A stretch of 64,000 nt of DNA from Eledone cirrhosa (GCA_964016885.1 OZ024759.1:33976001-34040000), one strand, 5' to 3'; positions 1 to 15,182 are shown, counted from the stretch's first letter. Notes: generated by a model not told the origin, from the letters alone. A program made the numbers and translations.

Positions 1-330
1 CACACATACACAGGCATATACATGTATACACATATGTACATACATACACAGGCATATACAGGTATACATAGACATATATATATACATACACCTGCATATA
101 CGTATATACACAGGCATATACAAGTATACATGGACAAATACATACATACACAGGCATATACAGGTATACATAGACATATACATACATACACAGGCATATA
201 GAGGTATACAGAGATATATACATACCCAAACATATACATTCATACACAGGCATATACATACAGAGACATATACATACACAAATATATACAGGTATACAGA
301 GACATATATACACAGTTATATACAGGTACA
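1..330. repeat. Minisatellite of about 40-bp CATACACAGGCATATACAGGTATACATAGA-like units
   Basis: Repeated ACACAGGCATATACA motif. Confidence 0.8.
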
Positions 331-1909
331 AAGAAAGAAATATCTGGTGTGCGAGGCCAAATTTAATGCATTGTCATTCTTACATGATTCCTAGGCTGAC
401 CATGCAAGAGATGAGGGAATAAGAAGCCACGGTGTGTGTTATAAATGAAAGACATATTATGGATTCGAAGCCAAAGTCTAAGGCCATCTGGGAATCTATT
501 AATTATATCACTTCATGCGACAAAGAGGGAAGGAAACGATGGGAAAACAAACAACAGAACGTAGCTCTTGGCAAAATAGAGAAGAAAAAAACGAAATAAA
601 GGCAACACAAACAAACAGACATGACGAAGAGACAAATAAACTAAAAGATGTAATATAAATGGAAGTTCGGATAACTGATATAGCAAGAATGAGGAAAAAT
701 AGAAATAAATATAAAACTCAACACAAAGTAAATTTAGACTGCTGCCGTGGTTTGCAGTGGGAATTAGAATGTTAGAATGTGTTTCGTTAGCAGAGTAGCT
801 GTTAGAAGGGAGGTGACTATCAGAGAGATTTTCTTCAAGAGACTACAGTAATTGAAATCATGAAGAATTCTTGCTCAAATCAAAAATTGATTAGGGGAAG
901 AAGAAAAATTCTGTTATAATATGAAGAATGGTGATAAAAGAAAAAATACGGGAAAGAGAATAGAAGAAGTGGATTTTGAAGAAATAGAAGACAGAAAAAA
1001 AGAGAAACATGAATTTGATGATAATTATAAATGAACAATGTGAAATATATGGAGGTGGTGTCCCGTGGAAATCTATGAGAAAACGACGAATAAATAATTG
1101 AGAAAAAACATAATAGAATGATATATTGGGAAGAAGAAAAAAACTATGAAAGGATGTTACTAAAACAAAAGAAAATTGTGAGCAAGTGGAATTGAAATTT
1201 AAGGTTCAACGGAGGGGAATTTGTGAAATAAAATACTGAAATCTATAAAGTCAGGATAAAAATTCAGTAAAAAAAAATTTAATGGCGTAAAAGTTAGAAG
1301 ATAACATGACAAAACAATGTTAGAGAGAGAGAGAGAAGTGAGAGGGTGGGATGTACCCGTTATAAATAGTAAATACAGGAATGAGAGAGAGATTGGAAGT
1401 TAATAGAAGGTCTTTTATCAGGTTTCAATAATATTAATTAACACAGAAAAATCTCCGCCCCTGTCACCAATACACCACACGCTGCTTCTCATACGGAATA
1501 GTTTTGTATTTAATTTAATAGCATTATCTTTCTTTCTTTTTCACAAATTGCATCTCATGATTTTAGAACCTTATTGTAACAAGACAAAACACACAACATA
1601 TGGCTAGATAAAAATAAAACATGTTTAGTGCAAATATATAGACGATCCAACGGGAAAATTCCATGACACACATTGGTATCAACATGGTAAACATAGATTT
1701 AGTTTTAGTCACCATTTTGTTGACTTTCCCGTCATCGTTCTGCTTCAGGGACGGGTTCTTGTCGACCTTCCATCAATTAAGGAGGCTTCGAAAAGGTAAT
1801 CGACAATGACCATCATGAATAACGGGGGGAATTAATCGAGTCAAGTTTCCAGTCTTTGAAGTAATGTTACTCGATAAAGTGTGTAGCTCGTAGATCAGAG
1901 AATTTTTCC

Positions 1910-2490
1910 TGGTAGAGCCGTTACTTCTCCGAATTGAGAGATCATAGCTCCACTACCATAGACATGGGCTTAGAATATCCCAGGAAAGAATTGCTGGAGT
2001 TACTGCAGGTAGAGCTGCTACTTCTCCGAATTGAGAGATCATAGCTCTACTACCATAGACATGGGCTTAGAATATCCCAGGAAAGAATTGCTGGAGTTAC
2101 TGTAGGTAGAGCTGCTACTTCTCCGAATTGAGAGATCACAGCTCTGATATTATGGAAATATGGTTAGAATATCTCAGGAAAGATTTGCTGGAGTCACTCT
2201 AGGTAGATCCGTTACTTCTCCGAATTGAGAGATCACAGTTCCGATGCTATGGATATGTGGTTAGAATGTCTCAGGAAAGAATCAGTGGGTTCACTCCAGT
2301 TAGACCTGCTACATCTCCGAATTGAGAGATCACAGCTCCAATAGTATGGATATGTGGTTAGAATGTCTCAGGAAAGAAACACTGATGTCACTCCAGGTAG
2401 AGCCGCTACTTCTCCAAATTGACATAGCACAAGTCCGATAGTATGGGCATGTGGTTAGAATGTCTCGGGAAAGAATTACTGAAAATCACT
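1910..2490. repeat. 97-bp tandem repeat, about 6 copies
   Basis: TAC(T/A)TCTCC(G/A)AATTGA recurs at 1922, 2019, 2116, 2213, 2310 and 2407. Confidence 0.92.
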
Positions 2491-2923
2491 GCAGACATAT
2501 GACGCAGATTCATTAGGAAAAATATCCCTGTATATATTGCTCGTGCAAAGAACTGTGTTTGGGAATGCAGTGACTGTAAATTGTGAAACTCAGACACACG
2601 AACTAACGTTTCATGAGATTAGTCCATTTAAGTTCCAATCCCAGTAGATGACTGGTAGGTCGTTTTATCGATCGGAAAAAAAAACTCCCAACAACACCAA
2701 CAAATAAATGAGACAAATCAACAGCGGAAACAAAACACACAACCAAAAGAAAATCAATAGAACTCGAAAATGGTAAGACAGAAAAACGTAAATAAAATAG
2801 GCTGAGAATATCATATAAACAAAATTAAATGGAAAATTAAAAGAATCGATAATGAGGAGACAAAAAAGAAATAATACTAGAATATAAACATTGAATCGGA
2901 GTAAGGAAAAAATAGAAGAAAAT

Positions 2924-3024
<101 letters not shown>

Positions 3025-3214
3025 TAGGTAAGGAGAAGAAAAGTAAAGCTTTCGTCTTTGCTTAATTCACCAGACTAATGCCGCCATTATTACTGCGGAG
3101 GATTGGACAATTAGAATAAGAATCTCAGAATACCAAACAATATAAGATTCTCTTTGGCAATGCCATAATAATCTCTTAGAGTAACTGTAACTGTGGCACA
3201 ATGCAGCAGGCTTT

Positions 3215-3390
<176 letters not shown>

Positions 3391-3630
3391 GAGCAATGTA
3401 AGGAAAAATAGAGAGATGATGGAACAATAGGATTTATATATATATATATATATATGTGTGTGTATGTGTGTGTGTGTGTGTGTGTTTGTGTGTGTTTGTA
3501 AGTATGTGTGAGTGTGTGTGTGTGTGTGTTAGGCGAGAGAGGGAGTGCGAGAGAGGAAAAGAGGGACCAAAGAATGGTTAGCGAGGAGAGAGAAGGAACA
3601 GGGTAGTATATAATACACAAATACACACAC

Positions 3631-3666
<36 letters not shown>

Positions 3667-3672
3667 ATATAA

Positions 3673-3746
<74 letters not shown>

Positions 3747-4254
3747 GGAGAGGGAGACGTGGAAAGGAAAATGTGTAAATGAGAGATGGAAAATGATGCC
3801 ATTAGTGCAGTTATATTGATTACTACTAAATACAAAATAACGCTGAATGTATATGTAGGGGAAATATGGAGTTTAGGCCTGGCACTGTTGATTATTTACG
3901 TGTATATGTTTGTTTGCATCTCTCTGACCATCACTCTCGCTCTCTGGAGAGCGAGAGAGAGAGAGAGAGTGAGAGACGTGTATATTTAAGCGGACGTGCG
4001 GGTGTGACTAATGTCTAGTATACTTTGGCAGAATAAGCTGATGGTTATTTATAAATACGTTGTTTGCAAATATAATTTAGAAGATATTAGCAACATGTAT
4101 TGTCTAGATGAAGGAAGCAATGTGTGTTATTCGCAAACATATATGTAACACACCATATTTGCAATTTATATTGAATAGATTGCTGGAAATCTGTGTCTCG
4201 TTTGGAAACATATATTGAACATACGATATTTGTGACTGATATTGTCTAGATGAA

Positions 4255-4640
4255 GGTCTAAATCTAAAGTCAGTCTTAGCCAGAAGGTTCGTTAGACCGG
4301 TGCTTATCTCACGTTCAAGACGGGAAGCGACTGAGTGTAAACGACTCCTCCTGGACAGGACACCAGTCCATCACAATGTCTAAAGTCAGTCTTAAGGCAG
4401 AAAGCTCGTTATGCTGGTACTTATCCCGGTTTCATGGCATGAAGCGACTGAGAGTACAAGACTCCCTCCTGGACAGGACGCCAGTCCATCGCAGGGTTAA
4501 ACCTCCAGCTATTGCTGGTACTCATTTTCAGCTGAGTATACTGGAGCAACGTGAAACACAACGCGCAACGCAGCCCAGGAATCGAACCCACGACATTATG
4601 ATCGTAAGTGCAACACCCTTAACACTAGCACACGCGCCTC
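4255..4640 (-). mobile_element. Second tRNA-derived SINE family with an internal tandem duplication
   Basis: GGAATCGAACCC (reverse B box) near 4578; the block CTAAAGTCAGTCTTA...CTGGACAGGAC.CCAGTCCATC occurs twice (4264-4372 and 4380-4491). Confidence 0.65.
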
Positions 4641-5229
4641 TACTAGATAAAGGAAATAGTGTATGATATTCGCAAACATATATGAAACACAATATTTGCA
4701 ACTTATATTATCTAGAAGGGTTCAACATTGTGTCTCATTTATGAACATATTTTTAATACAAAACATCAAGGTTCAACTTTAAACCAACTTTAAAATAATA
4801 TCTACAACCTTTCGATTGTTTTACACACTTATACTAACAGCATCAACTGTATTGTCTAAATCTCATGGCACACACGATATTGTCGTATTTCTTCAATTTC
4901 CTGTGGTACATCATTGCATCTGTTAGTCCTTATTGTGATGTATACGTAGACAGTTCGCAGTCATTGTATTATCCAGTCATTGTATTATCCAAGTCTATTC
5001 TAAGTTTAGCTATGCGAACTCTGACTAACTCGATGACCTTATCTACACAATTATCAGTCAATTGTATGTCTTCCACTCCCCACAACTGTTCTGCCGTTTA
5101 TACCTGTCTAGAAGAAACAGTACCTATATCCGTTTTCCCGTATGGAATCACATTGAAACCCGTCTCAATCTTCTCCTTCGTACAGATCTGTGCCTCTCCT
5201 TCTAAGCATCTCTACAATTACTGCCGTTC

Positions 5230-5470
5230 GATCGACCTCTGGTTGGGCCGTTGTTGATTGAAGCAGTATTGAAGTTCATGACCTGATACAGAGAAGAGGC
5301 TTCAAAGCGGAGAGAGCAGCGCTCAGGTAAGTCAATGTCCGTGACTTGGTGGTGGTGGGCGGTAGCATTCAGATAAATCAGTGTCGGAGATTTATTGAGA
5401 AACAATTTCCATTAGAGGTATACCCAAAGGAAATCATCAGAAGCTGAAATGTCAGGGTGAAGAAGCAAGC
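5230..5470 (-). pseudogene. Possible decayed PLE RT-thumb fragment
   Basis: Peptide YLNATAHHHQVT..LP...SLR....S....FNTAS resembles the PLE motif YL...S.HP.....IP.....R....CS....F. Confidence 0.3.
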
Positions 5471-6639
5471 CAGTGGTCCTTATATTTCAATTCAGTGTTT
5501 TAATATTAGCAAGAATGTGGATGGATTTTTTAAGATATTTCCTTTCTCGATTGTGAGTCCGATGATTGAATCGAAACAATAACAAGTTTAAATTTAAATA
5601 AAATACTTGGATATAAAATAAATGGACTGTTTATATCGTAGAATCTGAGACGGCATCCATCGGGTTGCTATGAAAAATGTTCAGTACGTCTATGTACATA
5701 CAAGCTCTAGTTGTATAGTCTGCCGTCAGAGAGCAAGGATTACTGTTTGTTTAAACAGTAGCTATACAGTGATGTTATGTATTCAAACTTGAAATATACT
5801 TCCTTTCACGTACTTGAATTACAAAAACACAAGCCAAAAAAAAAAACGACTATCATATTCAACCACAACTTAGCTTTTATCAGAAAATCAAATACTTTTC
5901 CAACAGACACTTATAGACAGTCTTCTATTTGTTGGACATTGTAGAAAACCTTTGTTCATGTTTACATCGTTAACCATCACTGTATCTTCAGATTTATAGT
6001 ATATATATTCTTTTAATTCTGCAGACAGTTTGCGCTTTATCAGGAAATAGTCTCGCAGTAGGAATTCTGTTTTCATTAAACTCTATTGTAGTGTCTTGCA
6101 AAGTCTTTCATCTATAATATATTACGTGTCTCACCAATCAGACGTACGGCTCGCCCTCTCCAGCTGATCTTTTTAGGGCCACCACGTCGATTTCCCATTT
6201 ACTGTCATTTGGTAAAAACTTATTCCACATCTATTCCATTGTAAAAGAGAATACATAGTTGTTTATATTCATATGTGTCTAACTTATCAAATCAATTTGT
6301 TGATTCCTTGCAGTATATTCCATTAGTTCAAGCGTAAAAAAATGACGGTCGATTGACAAAATAGTGACAATATCAGACAACATACTGCGTGGTACAGACT
6401 TACAAAGCTGTAGGTTCGGAGTTTAAATCCAGCCTAGGTCAACTTTAGTCAAATTCGGGTTTCCTAGTTTGTTAATGTAACGTACTGGTCAAGTGTAATG
6501 TCAATGCAATTGTAGGTTCAAATCTTACATATATGTAAATGAGAAACTAAGTCAAGGTATATTTTGTGAAAGCTCCAGAAGAATAAATGTAAACACCTAC
6601 CGCTTTATAGTAGTAATTATATTGAGAAAGTCATGAACG

Positions 6640-7230
6640 CCACTACATCAAATTTGCTGTTTAATAGAAAGTAGGCTGATAAATATTAATTTTCCGCAGA
6701 CGGTGGAGATCCTTGTCTGGGGTTCAATATATGTCAGGCTCTAATTTAAGGCTACCGTATTAGCTATTTTTATTTTCAAAAATAAAAAAAATTAGGAGTA
6801 GGTTTATAATTATATTAATTTTCAGTATATTATCATTGTTGTCCTAGTGGTAAGTATTGGAGACGTTGGAGGTCTTAGTCCCGGGTTCAATCTATATAGA
6901 AGCTGACAGAGATTGAACCCCAGACCCGGATCTCCACAGCCTCCAACACTCACCTCTAAGCCACCGAGACATCTACAACAATATACTGAAAATTGATATA
7001 TATAAATCTAATTTATCATTTTTTTTCTTTTTTAAATTAAAAATTACTAATACGGCATTCTTTGGGTATAACCTGAACAAGATTGAACCCCAGGCCATAA
7101 CCCCGACCGTCTCTAATACCTACTACTATGTCACCCGGGCGGGTACGAAATCGTACAGAAAGTTAATATTCATAAACCTACTTTTTAATTTTTCTATTTA
7201 AAAAAATTAAATTAACTAATAGCGCACCGT
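6640..7230. repeat. Inverted array of tRNA-like units of about 170 bp
   Basis: GGGTTCAAT at 6721 and 6883 on the + strand; GATTGAACCCCAG at 6911 and 7081 on the - strand; AT-rich linkers are also reverse-complementary. Confidence 0.65.
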
Positions 7231-7545
7231 TATATATATATCGATCGATAAATATATATAGAGAAAAAGACAGAGGGTGGGGTAAAGAGAGGGGGGGGGG
7301 ATAAAGCAAGAGAGAGAGAGAAAGAAAAAGCTAAAACGAGAGAAAAAGCGAGAAGAGAGAGAGAGAGAGAGAGAGAGGTATGACTTTCTGACAAATCAAT
7401 CTTGTCTATGATAAATATATATGAAACGATTGTACAAGTTTCTGTTGGTATATTTATAAATAAAATAATTCATTCTGCCTCGAAACGTATTTATCTCACG
7501 CTTCTGAAGAGGATAACAATATTATACACCAACACACATAAATAT

Positions 7546-7688
<143 letters not shown>

Positions 7689-7826
7689 CATATAGATATA
7701 TACATATGTATATAGAAATTGAAATGAAGAATTAGAAATAGAAGCCAGGACTATCCATCATCAGTGGTCTACTAGCCATCATAGGTATTTCTTCGCATTA
7801 TACATATGTATGTAAATGTGTATATA

Positions 7827-7866
<40 letters not shown>

Positions 7867-8025
7867 TATATATATATATGTGTGTGTCTGTATATGCGCG
7901 AGTGTGCACATACACATGCATACATTGCATAAAGACACATACACACGCTCATGCAACAATGATATGCCAAATATACATATACATATATATACATATACAT
8001 ATATATATATACATACATGCTTACG

Positions 8026-8095
<70 letters not shown>

Positions 8096-8181
8096 AAATT
8101 CAGTTTGTAGCTAAGATATACAGATATATGCCTGTATATATGTGGCATATCATCGTGTGTGGGTGTGTGTATATGCCAGTG

Positions 8182-8246
<65 letters not shown>

Positions 8247-8516
8247 ATGTGGTTTATGTATATATATATATATACACGTGCTAACATATCTGAGACGTTA
8301 TAGGGTAACGTCTATGAAAGTTGAAACACAATCTCAACAACTTCGGAAAAATATTTTAACCATATTTCTAAGTACACATTGAGAACTTCGCTACTCGAGG
8401 TGTGGTACGCACACATTCACACACTCACACATACATAGACAAACACACTCACTTACACTCACACACACACAGATCCATGCTCACAATCATATATACATAC
8501 ACACATATATATATAC

Positions 8517-8549
<33 letters not shown>

Positions 8550-9112
8550 TATATTAATATTTATATATATGTATATGTGCGTGTGTGTCTGTGTGTGTGT
8601 GTATGAGAAAATATAAAACCGATTCTCTATAGATTTTCAAGTGTGTGTGTGTGTGTGTGTGTTTGTGGGTGTGTGTGTATGTGTGTGTGTGTGTGCGTGT
8701 ACGAGAAAATATAAAACCGAATCTCTATAGATTTTCAAAGCCGTATGCACTTGAAAAATATAGTTTCAGTGTCCTTCTCAAATTATTGAGATTGTGTTTT
8801 TGTTTTTATTAAATTTGGCGGCAACAAGGCAGGAATGGATACGTTCGTACATAGTGTGGTACTTACACTAACATAAGCAGTATAAATCATGTAATGCAGG
8901 GGTACATATATACATTATTATACATACATATACACACATACGCAGGATAAGATATCAAGACAAATTGACAAACAAACACACACTAGGAAATAAATCCACG
9001 CTTTAAGCTCCATATATAAGTACACTTCAACATATCTCTATACACACATATATATTCACATACAGATTAAGATATATTTACAAACATATATTTTATATGT
9101 ATGTATGAAATT

Positions 9113-9184
<72 letters not shown>

Positions 9185-9186
<2 letters not shown>

Positions 9187-9365
9187 AACGAGTAGGACCC
9201 CGACGGCTGAGCTCAAGCCGTTTCGACGGCTAATTCTGGACTAAAATGACTATTTTAGTCCAGAATTTAGTCCTACTCGTTCCTATTACCCACTCTACTA
9301 CCCTAAGTATTGAGTACTTTGGTGCGTTATGGTCCACTTGGCTTCTTATCATATTTCCTTCGTTA
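9185..9365 (+). mobile_element. Family A (TA)n-embedded fold-back element
   Basis: Shares the ...CCTATTACCCACTCTACTACCCTAAGTATTGAGTACTTTGGTGCGTTATGGTCCA...TTCCTTCGTTA(TA)n end with 7 other copies; internal inverted repeat TTCTGGACTAAAAT/ATTTTAGTCCAGAA. Confidence 0.85.
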
Positions 9366-9509
9366 TATATATATATATATGTATAATCATTTAAAACCCC
9401 ACATTCCAGGAGAGTGTGATCATCATTTATTGCATAACTGACACGTGTTTCTTTGAATGCGATATATAATCAGTCTAGGATATATACAGCGATGGTTCTC
9501 TGTCTCTGA

Positions 9510-9554
<45 letters not shown>

Positions 9555-9717
9555 CTTTCCGTTGCTTAAACCCTTTTGTTGTTACTCTAGCGTCCCCCTT
9601 TATTTACGTGTCCCAACGACTTTTTTTAGCCGTTGTTCGCACCAACCTGAGGCATATGGCCCTTAAAGCGATGAAATGCCGAGGACGGTTGGAGGGTCAC
9701 TGATGAAGGACTCACTT

Positions 9718-9798
<81 letters not shown>

Positions 9799-10279
9799 CT
9801 AAGAGAGCTCGGCCTTTCCTCTTTACGACGTCGATAGAATAATGTACCATAACAAACCGGGGTCGATTAATTGACTTTTATCTCCTCTCAAATCGTTGAC
9901 CGTGTCCTAAACAGAAACAAATAGTTTTGTTCTGTTATTAGAAATGAACGCTAAGTGTTCATGTCCATAATTGAAGTCTAAAATAAAAGATATTATACAT
10001 GGTGTTTCAAAAACTGTAATATCATTTGAGATGTAAATATCCCAGAAACTACAAGGTCTTGGACAACGAGACTAAGCAGGCGCCATGTTGAGTAACACAA
10101 GATTTATTCCTCAAAACATGTCCACGTTATAACATTAATTCACAATATATATTTCAATGTGACTACCTTGAGAACAGGCCATTGATATCAAATTTTTTTA
10201 AATACCCTGCATTATAAACATGAAATCATTTTCGGAAGAAATCAACAAAGTGAATTTCTTTTATAACTTTCTGTTATAA

Positions 10280-10311
<32 letters not shown>

Positions 10312-10699
10312 TTCTGTATAATGTATATATATATATATATTCTAATATATGTATATATGTATAGGCGAATCTACAAATAAATAGATATGGAATGATTTCT
10401 CGCCAAGTGACCATGTGTAAATTGGAAAACGCCGTGGTGAGTGTCAGAATCTTTCTGGAGATGGTAGGGGTTTATGTCTGACCGGGTTGAGGCATATGGA
10501 AGACTTTGCAAGACATTACAAAAGAGTTTAATGAAAATAGAATTCCTGCTGATAAACCATTTCCTGAAGAAGTATAATCTGTCTCCTGAAGTTGTTATAT
10601 GACAGATTAGAGAAGCTGAAAAACATGGCTCTTAACTATTGTTAAACTGAAAAGAAAATACATTTTTTCTCATTCACTCACCTCCCGTTCTCTCTCTCC

Positions 10700-10838
<139 letters not shown>

Positions 10839-12116
10839 TTCTGTATGTATATACTCATATATATATTTATTTATTTATACACATAAATACATACATACAT
10901 ATATGAATACATATATACATACATAATTACGCATACACACACAAACACATATATATATACACACACACACACACATATATATATGAGAAGGCGTGTGGCT
11001 GATTGGTTAGAGAACTGGATTCGCAATCAATTCGATGCGTTATGTCCTTGAGAAAGACACAAAGACACTTTATTTCACGTTGCTCCTTCTAACTGGAGTT
11101 GCGACCGATAGATAGTCCGATTTGACGAAGGTCCGATTTGACGAAGGTCGATCGATCCTTTTAATATATATTCGCACAGACACACACACGCATATATATG
11201 AAGTCGTTGGAATTACTCTACATTCACGTCTGGTGTAATAATTCTAATCTACCATTGGCTGAAGACCAGTAATTTGAGTGAAGGCAAAAGTCGATTAACG
11301 TGCAAAAATGTCAAACAGAAACAAAACGAAAGCCCATAAAAAATTAGGTACATTTTCATCTAACTTTGGTTCAGTGCTTTTGTCAAATAAAGTAAAATAT
11401 CTTCAAATACATTCAAATGAAGTCATATACAGTAAACATTTTAATTTCTCAACCTTACAACTCTGAAATAATCCAGAGGACTTTATCAGTTATACTTCAG
11501 AAGGGAAGAATTCAAAATATAAGACCTTGCAAACAAAATCTAACAATAAAAGCACAAACAAATATAAGTATATTAAAATAAGAAGAATTTAATTCCAGCA
11601 TGCTGGTTGTATCTCACAATTTAATTTAGAAACATGGTTTTGTTGTTTAATTATTTTGCATAAATTATATATTATATATATTTTTTTCTGCACGTTTATT
11701 TTTCATTATTTTTTATTTATTTTTTGGAGAGATTTTTGTTTTGGGTAGTTTTTTGATTTTTGGTTTTCTAATTTAATCTTAAACATTTATAAAAAATATT
11801 ATATTTTATTAAATCTATACCAGAATCTAAATTAAATAACAGTGTCAAATGTTTTCGCTCAGAACCTTTTTCTAATAAAATATATCTTTGAAATAGTTTA
11901 TTTCATTTTTTAAAAACTATATTCATATTACCTTTCAGGTTTCTAGTGAAATTCGTGTATCAAAATGGATAAATAGATAAAATAGATAGAATACACATAC
12001 ATAGATACAGACACAAGCAAACATACACTCATATATATATATATATACACTTAATCACATATCTGTACTCACATAACTATGCACGTACAAACACGCACAT
12101 AATCTCGAATATAGGG

Positions 12117-12149
<33 letters not shown>

Positions 12150-12229
12150 CAGAGAAAGAGAGAGGGAGAGGGAGAGTAGATAGATATAGAGATAGATAGA
12201 TACATAGATAGGTATATAGATATGTAGAT

Positions 12230-12284
<55 letters not shown>

Positions 12285-12288
12285 CAGC

Positions 12289-12341
<53 letters not shown>

Positions 12342-12467
12342 TGGTAGATAGCTAGATTGTGGAAGGATATAGAGATAAGTTGATGCACATTTATATACGT
12401 GTGCCATTCTTTGTAACTGATTCTCTCTCTTTCTCTCTATGTATATACATATATATGTGTATACCAG

Positions 12468-12555
<88 letters not shown>

Positions 12556-12557
<2 letters not shown>

Positions 12558-12682
12558 ATGGAGTATAACTTGGAGTTACTGTAGGTTCACCCGAGTGATT
12601 ACTCAATGTTAAGGTTCACTTCAGTGTAGAGCTAGACAGAGTGTATTATCGTGAAGTAGCCAATCGCCCTTGTTATTTTATT

Positions 12683-12690
<8 letters not shown>
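12556..12690. mobile_element. Family C (TA)n-embedded element
   Basis: GGAGTATAACTTGGAGTTACTGTAGG...GACAGAGTGTATTAT is shared with 37943-38075; end CAATCG.CCTTGTT..TATTTCACTA(TA)n. Confidence 0.65.
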
Positions 12691-12732
<42 letters not shown>

Positions 12733-13770
12733 TGAGTGTGTATGTGTGTGTCTACAAATGTATGTGTGTTAGCTGAGTTATTTTATGTGCTTCTTTTATT
12801 TGCAGTTTATTCCGCGAACGAGCATTTCTTACTGTGCAGTATTGTTTCCAAGTCTTTTACAAATATACATTCCCGACATCTACACTTGAGATGCCTGCAT
12901 TTACGTTTTTAGTCCACCTACTTCGGAATATAATATGTTAGTTGTTATTCTTATGGCTTGAATTGGGAGATTACTGTGACATCTTCGTAAGATATACATT
13001 TTAGTAAAGTCATAAGGTGGGTCTTTGAACCACTCATATTTCAGTGTCGGAATGTCAAAAAGACGAAAAGTGAAAACCCTTCGACGTGTTATTTATATAT
13101 AGTTGTTAGACATTTTTGTCTATCTGTATGTGGCGTGTTACTAACCATGTTTCCTCAATAATGCTGCATGTTAATCTTGAATATCAGAACAGACACGCAA
13201 CACCCTTCAGGAAACACATATTTAAATGCTAGCACCTAAATTAAGATATAAGTGTCACTATGGAAGACAGGGATAGGGATATCAGCAATCTCAGTATTAA
13301 ATAAGCCATAATAATAAATCAAATACAACACCCAAATCAACAATACCCTAGAACTCAATATCGAATGGATAACATAGTCATACACATCACCAACTGTCAC
13401 TCCATTTCAAAAGAGATAAACAATAACCTAGATCAAAACATAGCTTAGATAAAGTATTACATGGTCCTTTCACCACTTTCAGGCTTAAAAAAAAACAACA
13501 CTTCAAAATTTAAGAAGAAATAAGTCAGGGTTTGAGCAACAACAATTATACAGTGTCGAAAATATACAGTGTCTTCTAGTAATATGCCGGTGGAAATTTT
13601 ATCCTAAATATAGGGAGCTACAAAAATTGCCTGATATCGTTGCTTTCAAATATTTAACATTTCCTGTACAATTCAAATATGGGTAGCCTTTAAATAAATC
13701 AATATTTTGTTTTAGAATGTGTTCTTTCGCTCTAACATAGCGGATATGTAAATGCATTCGAATAATAATA

Positions 13771-13957
13771 GTTTCTTCTTTTGGCACAAGGCCAGCAATT
13801 ATCTCAGTGTATTACTGGTACTTTATTTTATCGATTTTAAGGATGAAAGGCAAAGTTAACCTCGGCGGGATTTGAACTCAGACCGTACAGGCCCGTAACT
13901 CTTTGCGGCAAAGCATGGCGTCCAACCCTCTACCGATACTGCCAACCCACCGCCCTT
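13771..13957 (-). mobile_element. tRNA-derived SINE (major family in this window)
   Basis: Minus-strand head GGCGGTGG.TTGGCAGTATCGGTAGAG (A box) and GAGTTCAAATCCCGCC (B box); body ACTTTGCCTTTCATCCTT...TCGATAAAATAAAGTACCAGT; more than 10 copies here. Confidence 0.85.
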
Positions 13958-14099
13958 GCATTCGAATAATTATAATATAAGAATCGTTTCTAGTCAACGA
14001 CAATATTGTTTCTGGGGTACTCACTGCCCTGGTCATCTAAAGGACATCGTGTAATGACGCTGTTTGCTTGCAAACGAATCGAATATCATTAGTATTCGA

Positions 14100-14495
14100 T
14101 TGGATTAGCAATATCGGTAGAAGGTGGACGCCATGCTTTGCAGCAAAGAGTTAGGGCCCTTTATGGTCTGAGTTCAAATGCCGCCGAGGTTAACTATGTC
14201 TTTGATCCTTACGGTGTCGATAAAATAAAGTAACAGTAATTGTTTCTACTTTAGGCACAAGGCCAGCAATTACCCAGTTCATTACTGGTACTTTATTTTA
14301 TCGACCCAGTAAGGATGAAAGGCAAAGTCAACCTCGGCGGGGTTTGAACTCAGATCGTAAAAGGACGGAACTATCCTGGAAAGCATGGCGTCCAACCCTC
14401 TACCGATACTGCCAATCCACCGCCCTTTAAAATAAAGTACCAGTAATACACTGGCATAATTGCTGGCCTTCTTGCCAAAAGTAGAAACAATTATT
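14100..14495 (+). mobile_element. SINE interrupted by an antisense copy of the same SINE (14241-14427)
   Basis: 20-bp duplication TAAAATAAAGTA(A/C)CAGTAAT at 14221-14240 and 14428-14447 flanks the inner copy. Confidence 0.85.
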
Positions 14496-15065
14496 ATTCC
14501 ATAAAAATCTCACGAATGCAAGGTTTTCTTTCTCATTTTTTTTTTGTTCTTGTTTGGTAAATTGTATCAGAATTTAGTTCAACATATTTAAAATGTATGT
14601 GTATCGTGTGTATGGGAAAACATGTATTTTAAAGGCATTTTATTCTGACGTTTTCCAAGAAAATTATGTCTAGTACTAATTCCTCCTGCCAATCAAATCA
14701 TTTTAGAAAACAATATGGCAGCTAAGTTTGAAGCTGGTTTGTAATATGTTGTGCTAGAGCGACGACAGACATTTTCTAGTTGGGATAAACATTGTGAGTT
14801 TCATATATATTAGTTTAAACTAACATATTCAGAAACACGTATGTAGGAACACACACACAGATGTTATATATATATGTATGTATATATAAACATATATAGA
14901 TATATCCATTCGCACGTACAAACATACACACGTACATACATACATGCGTATGTATGTATAAATAAATATATAGTAATATTTATTGAAACGGAATTGTAAT
15001 CGTAGATAGATAGATAGACAAATAGAGAGACGGTAATGGAGCGAGTAAAATACTAAATATTTGTA

Positions 15066-15121
<56 letters not shown>

Positions 15122-15144
15122 TAGATAGATACATACATAGATAG

Positions 15145-15182
<38 letters not shown>

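Noticed and set aside
340-1310. Purine-rich stretch resembling a decayed LINE ORF1
   Set aside because: Many stops and no recognisable motif; cannot be supported without a search.
3040-3080. Minus-strand CTGGTGA...GAAAGCTT motif in a TA-flanked island
   Set aside because: A6 is altered and stem II does not pair convincingly.
5262-5332. Possible host exon ending at CAG/GTAAGT
   Set aside because: No polypyrimidine acceptor and no partner exons; the opposite strand fits a decayed retroelement better.
13771-13957. tRNA genes at SINE heads
   Set aside because: A and B boxes are present, but I see no full cloverleaf, and each continues into the same SINE body.
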